Assembly: GCF_006345805.1 (NCBI RefSeq)
Contig: NC_043001.1
Coordinates: 31,434,001-31,498,000, forward strand
DNA length: 64,000 nucleotides
Origin: Octopus sinensis
Lineage: Eukaryota
Direction of reading: 5' to 3'
The notes beneath the pieces were generated by a model, which searched no databases, had not been told where the DNA came from, and saw only the letters and a list, made by a program, of their open reading frames with translations. Positions 1-11,600 of this stretch are shown here, piece by piece (positions within the stretch are counted from its first letter, which is position 1; each line of letters begins with the position of its first letter). Position numbers and translations under genes: made by a program.

Positions 1-185
1 TTGTTGCCAGTGTCATGTAAAAGCACCGATTACATTCCTGGAGTGGTTGACATTAGGAAGGACATCTAGCTGTAGAAACCAGGTCAAATGAGACTGGAAC
101 CTGGTGCAGCTCTCTCGCTCATCAGCTCCAGTCAAACTGTCTAACCCATACCACAATGGAGAGCAGACATTAAATGATGATGATG
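1..185 (+). mobile_element. RTE-3'UTR-type repeat, partial copy
   Basis: Same sequence and (GAT)n tail as 6430-6598; other copies at ~9180-9408, 10180-10443, 11892-12030, 17640-17715. Confidence 0.75.
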
Positions 186-249
186 TTGTCAGATAAAGCA
201 TTTTTCTGAGACAAGCCATGTATTTATTATCAAATGTTTTTGAGGTGCC

Positions 250-460
250 TTAAACCCTAGCATTCAGATTTCTTTGTTAAATGTATTGCTTATTTATTCA
301 CATTGTTTCAAATTTATCACATTATTTTGTAGCTTCAAGATTTCAATGGCATGTTAGTACATTTTTAGAATGACATTGTAGGGTAGGTACAAGAGGTCAG
401 TTTTAACATAAAACAGCATATTTGGACTGGATATGGCTGGATTAAATGCTAAGGGGTTAA
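250..460. mobile_element. piggyBac-type MITE family P2
   Basis: TTAA ends and CCCTTTAGCATT-like TIRs; inverted copy of 18471-18698 and 62491-62717. Confidence 0.7.
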
Positions 461-675
461 AACAGAAAAGTTTAACTAAACAGACATTGTTTTATCTCAC
501 AATATGTACCATATCCTAACAAAGAAATAACAAGGCTAAAGTGAACCATCAAAACATTCTATGAATTTGAGCAGAGGAGGACAATTGTTTCTGTTCTGAA
601 GTTGTGTGTTTCAAGTATGTCAACCTATACAGTTGTGAATGGCTGTCAGCATTCCTAAGAAAACTTTATCTGAAA

Positions 676-1064
676 CTAGCAGTATCGCCCAGCATTGCTC
701 GGGTTTGTTTTGACCCTTTAGAATTGGAATTTTTGAAAAGTAAAAATTTTGTATTATGTAGCTTGTTATTCTCTTTAAGTGAACATTTTTCTGGTTGAAA
801 TACACCGAAAAATGGCAACACAGCAGTCAAAAAATCGTACAAAATAGGGATTTTCATAGAAAAAAGCACCTTTTTGATGTAAATAATTTTTGGTGTTAAC
901 ATGGTTCGATTTGAATTTTATCTTCTACGGAATGAAGAGCAAGCCTTCTTCTATCATACTCTCAATTTTGGTCAACTTGCGCCACAGGGTCTCGAAGGAG
1001 ATAGTGTTAGTTGAAGGCTACCAAACGTGCCACACACAGACAACTTCAGCTTTATATATATAGA
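676..1064 (-). mobile_element. Non-autonomous Helitron
   Basis: On the minus strand: 5' A|TC(TATATATATAAAG), 3' hairpin (cccgagcaatgctggg) about 9 nt before terminal CTAG|T; no TSD. Confidence 0.75.
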
Positions 1065-1077
1065 TTACAGCTGATTT

Positions 1078-1083
1078 TTTATT
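1078..1083 (-). terminator. Candidate AATAAA poly(A) signal of HINFP
   Basis: First minus-strand AATAAA I can see after the stop (~300 nt downstream), preceded by UGUA-rich sequence. Confidence 0.4.
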
Positions 1084-1381
1084 CTCCTCTTTTTAGACAG
1101 TCGATATGAAGTTGTTTTTATGAATTGATATATCAAACACATTACAGCTGACTGAACATTTGTATACATAAAATAAAAATCACAATAGCCAAATGAACAT
1201 TTTTTTTTTTTATACATAAGATTATTAACAGATGAGAAATATATACATTTTAGATAAGGCAGAAGGTAATGTTCAAATTAGAAGCAGTGATATTTAAAGA
1301 ATGCTAAAACATAAAACATCAGCATTCGCAAAGTTACATACTGCGATTTGAATAAAAGCGATATGAAAGTGGAAAAAGGTT

Positions 1382-1703
1382 TCACTGAGTGACCTTCTCC
1401 ATTTCGATGTCGTCAGTGTTAATAAAACTATCTTTAGCCTTTACTCCATCCTCTTCAGTTACTTTTTCAGTGACAATATCCAGTTTACTAGGCGTATGAA
1501 GGGCTACATCTCCTAACATCTCTAGATTGTATGTTGTACTGACTAATTCTGTGGTAGGTGCTGGATCACAGCTTTCTGATGATGCCATCTCTTCAGAATT
1601 AGCGGTGGCATCAGCAACATTGACAATGACTTGTTCTATTAAATTGACACTTTCGTAACGTACAGTTTGCAGGCGCCAAAAACCATCTTGGCTCATAGTG
1701 TAA
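1382..1703 (-). CDS. HINFP: HINFP last coding exon ([21 protein letters not shown]...EKVTQ*)
   Basis: CAG acceptor after a long T-tract, DG..RLQ.VRYES motif, acidic tail, TGA at 1382-1384. Confidence 0.92.
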
Positions 1704-4700
1704 CTGAAAAATATTAAGAAAAAAAAAATTGTCATATTAAAAATACTTAATTATTATAACAGATATTATCATAAAATAGTGATAGTTTCTTTTATCATCA
1801 TCAATAATAACAAATTTGAATTAAAAATCAAGAAAGGTGGGTATATTTGAAATATATATTCTGATTATGGCAAAAGTTATACCAAAACAATTAACCCTTT
1901 TGTTACTGAATTTATTTTGAGATACTCAGTTTCTTTCAATCATTTTTAAATATAACAAAGAATTTAGTAAAATAACTAAGTTATCATTCAGCTAGTGTTA
2001 GGAACATAAATTGTGACTAAGGTTTGGTGAAAGATTTTAATTCAAAACTTATGAAAACAAGACATTTGTACTACAGAGCCAGAGTTGTTAACGAAAGGTT
2101 AAATCCTTCATTATTTTGTACTGGGTAAATCAACAACAACGTTTTAGCAGGCTAAGACAACAAACTATCATAGGAAGAGCCAGTAGGTTACATCTTGATA
2201 ATTTGCCTATATCTCAATGCCTCAGTATACTTAGCTATAAAATAAGCATTATGAGAGGTACTGGTCATAGGTGCAGACATGACTGTGGGGTTAAGAAGTT
2301 CACTTCCCAACCATATGGTTTTGAGTTCAATCTCACAGTGTGGCACTTTGAGCTGGTGTCTTTCACTATAGCCCCAGGCCAACCAAAGCCTTATGAGTAG
2401 ATTCAGCAGACAGAAACTGAAGGAAGCCCATTTTGTGTGTGCGTGCGTGTGTCTTTTTGTGTGAGTTTATATTTCCTCATTTACATATGCATTCATTTGC
2501 TGATTGTAAACAACAGTTTTACGGATGGTTGCATTTGCTTGCAATCCACCATGAAAGCATATTCAGGCTATTCACATGTTGCATAATCTTTGTAAACATA
2601 GTGTTGTTTGTTTTCAATCCTCCATGAAAACACACCAGGGTTGTTTGTAGCTTGATACACTGGGAGATTTTCATCTCGCTTGGAAACGTGGGGGTTGGCA
2701 ACTGGAAAGGTATCCAGCCATAGAAAATTCTACATTAACATACACTTTGTTTAATCCATACAAGCATGAAAAAGCTGACATCAAAACACTGATGATGGTG
2801 ACTGGTCATCACTGGTAGTAGCAATAGCAATGTATAAGTGAGGATTCAGTAGCCTACAGTGCTACAAAAGTGCTTTCATGGATCTAAAAGACAAAGGATC
2901 CAGAAGTTGCACCAGTGTCTTCTTTCTCAAGAGGATTGATTGACTGATTGATTGATTGATTCTAGTTTCAGCTCATGAGCTGTGGCCATGCTGGGGCACC
3001 GCCATTTGGTGTTGCTACATGGTTTTACTTCACGAATGCTTTTTAGCAACTGCCATTTGGTGCATGAGAGAGTTCGATGCAGCTGCCCTCATCTGCACCT
3101 CCTGCCGTGAAGTTGGTTCATCTGGGATACCTGACAAGAAGAGATCCAGTTTCATTTTAAAGACATCTGCATCCACCCCATGCAGGTCTCTTAGGTTCTT
3201 CGGGAGGATATTGAAGAGCTGTGGGCCTCGGAAGCCCAGGCTATCACAGTATCTTGTCCTACATTTTGATGGCAAATTTGGAGTCCTAGGCACCACGTAG
3301 TGGCGCCCAGTTCTGGCATTTGTGTAACCCTCGATGCCAAAGTTTGGGACAAGTCCCTCCAAGATCTTCCAGATGTATATTATGGCCGCCTACGCTCCAA
3401 AGAATAGAGTTTTAATTTCTTGAGTCTTTCCCAGTAGCTTATATTCTGCATAGAGGCTATCTTCTTCGTGTAGCTACGTTGGATCGCCTCAAGTTCTGTG
3501 ATCAACTTGACACTGGATGGTGACCATAGCTGAGAGCAATAGTCAAAGTGGCTTAGGACAAGTGTCCTCCAGAGGACCACCATGGTTTCTTGTTCTCTTG
3601 TTCTAAAGGTTCTGAGAATCCATCCGGCCAGTCGTCTACATTTCATTGCCAATTTAGCAACATGTACACGAAAGTTGCGTCATCACTCATGTAAATACCC
3701 AGGTCACGCACTGATTGTGCCTTTGGGATTGCAATTCCTCCGGGTCCAGTGTATTCATTGGGTATTGCATTTAGTTTTGCATGCTGATAGTATAAAGCTT
3801 GAAACTTTTCAGCATTGAACTGCATGCTATTCTTTTCAGCCCATTTGTTTATTTTGTCCAGCTCACATTGCAGGCGTTTAGTGTCCTCAGGGTTCTGTAT
3901 TGCCTGTGAAACTTTTGTATCATCTGCATAACTTGTGATCGTGGCTCTCTGCGTGGCTGAGGGCATGTCTGAGAGGGCCATTATGAACAGTAGTGGTCCC
4001 AAAACAGTGCCCTGCGGAACACCGCTCACTATTTGTGTGTTAATGGAAGTGGCCCCATTGGCTACTACCACCTGACTTCTATCTTTCAGAAAGTCATGAA
4101 GCCATTCTCCCAGTTTTCCAACTATGCTAAGATCACGCAGTTTGTGACATATCATTCCATGATCGACTTTATCAAAGACCTTTGCAAAGTTGAGATATAT
4201 CACTTCCACATTTGAGTGGTTGAGCAGTCGTTTCAGCACCCAGTCATAGTGTTGTAGGAGCTGAGTTAAGCAGCTTCTTCCTGGTCGGAAACCATGTTGG
4301 GTGTCAGGCAGCAAGTCATTTTCTTCAAGGAAGGTGATCAGTTTCCTTCTGACTATTCGTTCCATGACCTTGCTGATGTGTGAGGTCAGAGAGATAGGTC
4401 TGTAGTTCTTGGCCTCCGCTCTGCTACCTCCTTTATGAATAGGGCATATTTTACCTTCCTTCAGTTTTCTTGGAAGTTTGCCAGCTGCAAGGAAGCTCTG
4501 AAAGAGGAACTGCAGTGGTCTTGCTAGGACTCTCTTACATACTTTTAGGAGGATTGCCGGGAATCCATCGGGGCCAGTAGCTGAGTCTGTTTTCATTTCA
4601 TCTATAGCCTTTATTACATCGATATTTCTTAACTTGAAATATGGATATTTCTTAACTTGAATTTATTAAGGCAAAGAATAAATTAGAGAGGGTAAAAAAA

Positions 4701-7700
4701 CAAAAAAACAAAAAAAAAACAATTAAAGAATATACTTTGTCTTACTCTCATATTGAACAAAAAATGAAATGTTAGTGAATATGTTTAACCCTTTTGTTAC
4801 CAACCCGGCTCTGGTTTTGTAGTACAAATGTCTTTTTTTTGAAAATTCTGAATTAAAATCTTCCACCAAACCTTTAGTCACAATTTAGGTTCCTAACATT
4901 AGCTTAATTATAACTAAGTTATTTTACTAAATACTTTGTTATACTTAAAATAATTGAAAGAAACACAGAGCATCTCAAAATAAATACAGTAACAAAAGGG
5001 TTAACATATAATTCTGCTGTGGATGTATTTTTTGGCTGTTCATGAAATCATCTTTCAATTTAATCTGCTGGTTTAACATTACCACTCAATCTTTCAATAA
5101 TCTAGCTGAAGAGATCACTTTGTCCATACCTCAGTTCTTACCCTATTCATCTTCACACAAATATTTTGAAATGGTCTAACAACAGCTTTCAGTAAAAACA
5201 GATGCACTGGTCAAAATCTTGCATGAAATAATTAGCTTAGCAAAGCTAGGTTTTCAAAGCCCTTGAATTACTTACTTTTTGCATTACAGTTATAAAACAG
5301 CACAAATCAAAAGTGTAGTTTATAACAACAAAATTATGAATTATATCTAGTATTTCTCACTCCAAAGCAAGATGCATTATCTCCTTCAACCTGGAAGCAG
5401 ACATTACTCAACATGTTTACTTCAGGAATTTATATTTAAATATCTAAATTGATAAATGAGATAGAGTAAAAATGCAAAATTATATTTTAAAAATATAATT
5501 ACCGAAATCTTGAATAACCAGATGGAAGTTTGTATTTGTGTGTCTTTTTAAGATGCTTCGTAAGTAGAGACCCTCTTGTGAAAAAAGCTTCACAAATATG
5601 ACAAGCAAAGCGATGAGTGTCAATACCCTGAAATAAAAAAATGAAACCATTAAGATCTTCAAAATTAATAAGTTATCATTGCAGTTCCCTTTTTACTGGC
5701 AAGGGGTTGTAGTGATTACTTCATGCTTATGGTAAATGATTCATTATAAATTATGCTACATCATTATTTTGTTACATGTTCTTGGATGTGTAATGTCAGT
5801 GTGCATACTCGACAAAGTGTTAGTACCTTGAGAAAAAAGTTGGGCCTAAGAAGCATCAGATGTGGTGTGCAAGAGAGACGACTGTGGCGAGAATGGATGT
5901 GGATAGCTGTGTGAAAAAAGTGCCACACCCTAGTGGTTGAGGGAACCTGTGGAAGAGGTAGACCCAGGAAGACCTGGGATGAGGTGGTGAAGCATGACCT
6001 TCGAACATTGATCCTCACCGAGGCAATGACTAGTGACTGGGACCTTTGGAAATATGCTGTGCTTGAGAAGACTCGGCATGCTCAAGTGAGACCATAACCT
6101 TGTGGCCTATGCCAGGGGTTTAACTACCCCACTTATGCATACCTTCCCTTCATTGGACACTAAACTCTGCTTGCGAAGACCTGTTGAGGCAAGTGATATC
6201 GAAATCGTAATCAAATTCGATGACTGGCATCCGTGCTAGTGGAGCGCTAAGAGTACCATATGAGTGTGAGCAATGACAGAGCAACAAGCTGGCCATCGTG
6301 CCGATGTCATGTAAAAAGCACCATTCGAGTGTGATCGTTACCTGTGTCGCCTTACTGGTATGTGAAAAAAAACATTCGAGCGAGGTCGTTGCCAGTGCCG
6401 CTGGACTGGCTCCTGTGCAGGTGGCACATAAAAGCACCCACTACACTGTCGGAGTGGTTGGCATTAGGAAGGGCATCCAGCTGTAGAAACTCTGTCGGAT
6501 CAGATTGGCGTCTGGTACAGCCATCTGGTTTGCCAGACCTCAGTCAAATCGTGCAACCCATGCTAGCATGGAAAGCGGACATTAAACGATGATAATGACA
6601 GGTAATGATTTAATTACCAACCAATGAGTGATAAGTGTTCCTTTACCTTCTCTGGCATTCTCAACCATACAATTGATTTCTTTCATTTTCTAACTTGTTT
6701 TCAAAATGGATATATATAAAACTCGCTGCAAGGCAAGTGCACAGTAAGAGAGATCTTCAGAGGAAGAACTCCTATCTAACAAGTGTTTCAACCCTTATAC
6801 CTGACATTCTATGGGAGAAGAGCCCATCCAGGTCATGACTCTTAGGTGTTCTCCTGCTGCTCTCCAGCAGGATTTGAACCTGGGTCGTTCTTTTGTTCCT
6901 AGGACTGTGTTTCCGCTCACTAAGGCACTCTGATGAAGGAACCAGTTCCCTTCTCTGTTCTAATCATGTAAATAACCAATGAGCTAATATATGTTTTCAA
7001 AATGAAATATATTAGCTCAGTCATGACTTCATAAATATATGAACACACACAGAGTTTATTCAGACTCACTTGTGTGGATACAAAGTCTATATAGTATCAC
7101 TTGTAAAGATGTGCACACAAAGTTCTAACTTTATACTTTTAATTGAACAGTTCATTACAACATTCTAATAGGGTTTTGTGGGGAGACAGTAGATGCATAT
7201 GTACAGTGTTTTTTCTTGTTTCAGTTTGTCTCCTATTTAAATATTAACTTTAAAAATGAAATGTAATATGATAGACTGCTTGACAACCACAACCATGACA
7301 ATAAGAACAACAACAATAACAGACTTCAAAATGTAAATAACAAAACTGTTAGGAAGGACATCTAGCCATAGGAATCATGCCAAAGAAGACATTGGGGGAT
7401 GATGTCCTCCAGTATGGAAGATGGTCATTAAGATGATGAATATATTCCACTTATGATTATAGTAGGGTGATGCTGCGATGGCTATGCTATACTGCTGCTG
7501 AGACCCCCTTCGGTCATGACTGACCATGGGATTGCACCTAGAAACTTACCCTCCCAGGCATAAGTCCGGGCAAGGTTGTTTATGGAAGACCAGCAGTCGC
7601 CCATGCATACTGGCCTCCCTTCTCCATGCCACCAGTGTTATCCAAGAGAAAAGCAAAGGCTGATGGAGCTTAGCACCTGTAATGTTGCAACTGATTTCTA

Positions 7701-8636
7701 CAGCTGAGTAAACTGGAGCAACGTGAAATAAAGCGTCTTGCTCAAGAACACAACATGCAGCCTGGTCCAGGATTTGAACTCACAACCTCGCGATCATAAG
7801 CTCGATGCTTTAACCACTGAACCATGCCTCTTCACTGTGATGGCTAGTTACTTACATTAAACTAATACTCAGAACTAAATTACTCTGGCCTGACATTACA
7901 TACATATATATTATGACATGGTAGGGGTAAATCATTGTAAAACTTAGAGTAAAATATTTCAGAAGTACTTCTCTAATAGAACAGTTTTCACTAAGACTAT
8001 CTTCTACGAGTCATTTCATGAACACAGAATAACCTTTTTTGAGTACATTGGCTTGCTAAGGCAAAATTTATCATTTAATCTGAAACAACATTTTGTAATG
8101 TTGAAGTAAGTCTTTTTTCTACCACCTACATTTTTTTTTCCCAGTCACACAGGTCACAGTCAATGCAAGGTGCAACTACAGAATATATTTTCTCCTGCTT
8201 TTATCACAAACTGGTTCTTTAGCAGTCTGGTTTCATAATTAGAGAAAGTTACAGATAAAATGATGTTGGATGAATAGAAATACATACAAATACACACTCA
8301 GTTCCCTCATGTTAACAGTGGAATAAAAAAAAATCTCAAACTAATGATCAGAGAAGATATATCTGACATTGAATTAACTTCATATTCTGGACAGAATGAG
8401 ATCCAGTGTAAAAACTTGTTTAAATCTGCCTTGGCAAGGCCTGGACATCGATTATCAGAAAATAAAAGGTGTTCAGGAGTGGCTGTGTGGTAAGTAGCTT
8501 GCTTACGAATCACATGGTTCCGGGTTCAGTCCCACTGCGTGGCACCTTGCGCAAGTGTCTTCTACTATAGCCTCAGGATGACCAAAGCCTTGTGAGTGGA
8601 TTTGGTAGACGGAAACTGAGAGACGCCTGTCGTACA

Positions 8637-8683
<47 letters not shown>

Positions 8684-11600
8684 ATGTGTGTGTGTGTCTG
8701 TGTTTGTCCCCCCCCAACATTGCTTGACAACCGATGTTGGTGTGTCTACATCCCCGTAACTTAGTGGTTCGGCAAATGAGACTGATAGAATAAGTACTAG
8801 GCTTACAAAGAACAAGTCCTGGGGTCGATTTGCTCGACTAAAGGCAGTGCTTCAGCATGGCCATAGTCAAATGACTGAAACCAGTAAAAGAGCATAGTTT
8901 TCATAAATTGTACCTAATACTTTGTTTCGGCAAGCAAAATAAAAAAAAACAGGAGACTGACCTGATGTGTTTTTTGGTAATGAGAAGCCAAGCACTGGTA
9001 AAGACGAGTCACAAAACAACATCCTTTTACATGGCACATAATGGTGTTTTCTGAATGAGTCTCCATGTGGCGCCGTAGATCTGAAGGTGTTTTACTCCTA
9101 AAAGTCAAACAAAATATAATCATTAAATGTGTTTTCATTTTAAATCAAAATATTACAAGTGATTACAAAATATTACAAATGGCACATAAAAAGCACCATT
9201 TGGGTGTGGTCGTTGTCAGTACCACCAAACTGGCCCTCATGCCGGTGGCACTTAAAAGCACCCACTACACTCTCGGAGTGGTTGGTGTTAGGAAGGGCAT
9301 CCGGCGGTAGAAACTCTGCCAGATCAGATTGGAGTCTGCTTCGCCAGACCTCAGTCAAATCGTCCAACCCATGCTAGCATGGAAAGCGGACATTAAATGA
9401 TAATGATGTGCTCTTAGCACAGAATTAGTCTAGAAGGAAGAAAATACAATAAAGAATTTGAATTTGTTGAACTTGATGCAATAAATTACTATAAGTAATA
9501 TGAATGATCTTATTGATGACAAGAAATAGTTTTGAGAAGAAATTTCAACTTTTGTTCAGTTTAGATATAAAATACAGAAAGAGAATTAGTTGCTTGTAAA
9601 TATAAAATCTGTTTTACTATAAAGTAGATTTGCAGTTAATGCATAAGTGAAATATAGACAAAAATTAAGTGAAAGATATGTTGAGAGACAACATGAGAAC
9701 CTAAGTAGGTTGTAATAACAGACAAGATCAACATAAAATTTGCTTTACTGTGAAGTAAATTTATAACAACTGTATATGTGAGATTTAGAAAAACAAAGAT
9801 ATTAAAACACATTCTTTGTCCTCCATCCATCCATCTTTATCATCCACTTATTCCAGTGAAGATTGTGGAGCATACTCTGTAGAAAATCATATCAGAAATA
9901 ACTGTCAACAAATGATCTGGCTGGGTCCCCAAGTAAGACCAACCATGGCTATGGATATTATCAAATCATCTTGCTTGTAGTCTACCTCAAGGTCACCTTT
10001 GCCTGTAAAATCTGTCCTGTGACCCCACACTGCAGAGAATCAGTGGCATAGATCACTTGCTATGGAAAAGAGTGATTGACGCAAATAGTAACCATCCCTC
10101 AGTATACATGGCATAAATACTTTGGAAGAGAAATCAGTTATCAAAATTTTCATCATCTCTGATTGCCTTTCTTAATCCCTTGACTGGCTCCTGTGTCGGT
10201 GGCACATTAAAAGCACCATCCGAACATGATTGTTGCCAGGCCCACCTTACTGGCTCCTGTGCCTGTAGAATGTAAAAAGCACCCACTACACTCTTGGAGT
10301 GGCTGGCGTTAGGAAGGGCATCAAGCTGTAGAAATTCTGCCAGACCAGATTGGAACCTGGTAGGGCCGCTGGCTCTCCAGACCTCAATCAAACCGTCCAG
10401 CCCATGCCAGCATAGAAAACGGACATTAATCAATGATGATGATTGACTTCACAAATTTTACCAAAAGAAAAGAAACAGAAAAGAAAAAGAAATGACAAAA
10501 TTGCTCACCTGTAGTCACATTCAAGGCAGTTATACTGCCGTTCACTTGTATGCTTGTATCGAAGATGATTTCTAAGACCATGTGGGTTTGGGCATGTCAT
10601 ATCACATAATGGGCACTTGTAACAGTTCACTAACAGAAGAAAACATCAGATGATTATTTTCATATTAAAAAGAAAGGATGATTTTTTTCAAGAATATGTG
10701 CTTTTTTTATGTTAATTGAGCCAGTAAACAAATGCTCCTACATAGTCAGCAAATGGTGAGACATCATGACTAGTATTTGGTGGATTAGATGTCACAGCAT
10801 GTAAGATTTATATGATTTCATTGAAACACCAAAAATTAAAAATTTTTGTTGTAATTTTACTAACTTAGGTTTTATTACAATTTGCCTGTGATACCTATGC
10901 CGGTAGCACATAAAAGAACCATCCGAAGATGGCCGATGCCAGCGCCGCCTTGACTGGCTTCCATGCTGGTGGCATGTAAAAAGCACCAGCCAATCGTGGC
11001 CATTGCCAGCCTCCCCTGGCACCTGTGCCAGTGGCATGTAAAAAGCACCCACTACACTCACAGAGTGGTTGGCGTTAGGAAGGGGATCCAGCTGTAGAAA
11101 CACTGCCAGATCAGACTGGAGCCTGGTGCAGCCTTCTGGCTTCCCAGACCCCAGTCGAACCGTCCAACCTATGCTAGCATGGCAGGACATTAAACGATGA
11201 TGATGATGAAAACCTTTGAAGTATTGGACACCAACTGAGATGCAGATACAGTTTTACAAGATTTTAAACACTTATATTCATATCATAGCTCTTAAAATTG
11301 GTGTTGAAATATCAGTAAACTTTGTCTTCAAAGAGTTAAATAAACAACATTTCACATTTCAATACATTAAAAAACAAATTCATTTTGTATTTTTAAAAAT
11401 TCAGAATAACTGTTCTCTTATAGGTTGCCAGGACAACAGCATGTGGAGTCTGATCCATCATTGTTTATTAATCCCTTGCCTAGCACGTTTTTAAAAGCTG
11501 GGTGCCATCCTATCAGCAACAAATCATCATGAGCTGAGTGCATTTTATCTTGCCAGAGGCACTAAAGATGTTGTCTGCTGTAAGACTACAAGATCTTCCC

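Noticed and set aside
3643-4596. 317-aa ORF as a functional host reverse transcriptase gene
   Set aside because: 5'-truncated, frameshifted, and the catalytic Asp of the first RT motif is replaced by Asn; a dead LINE copy.
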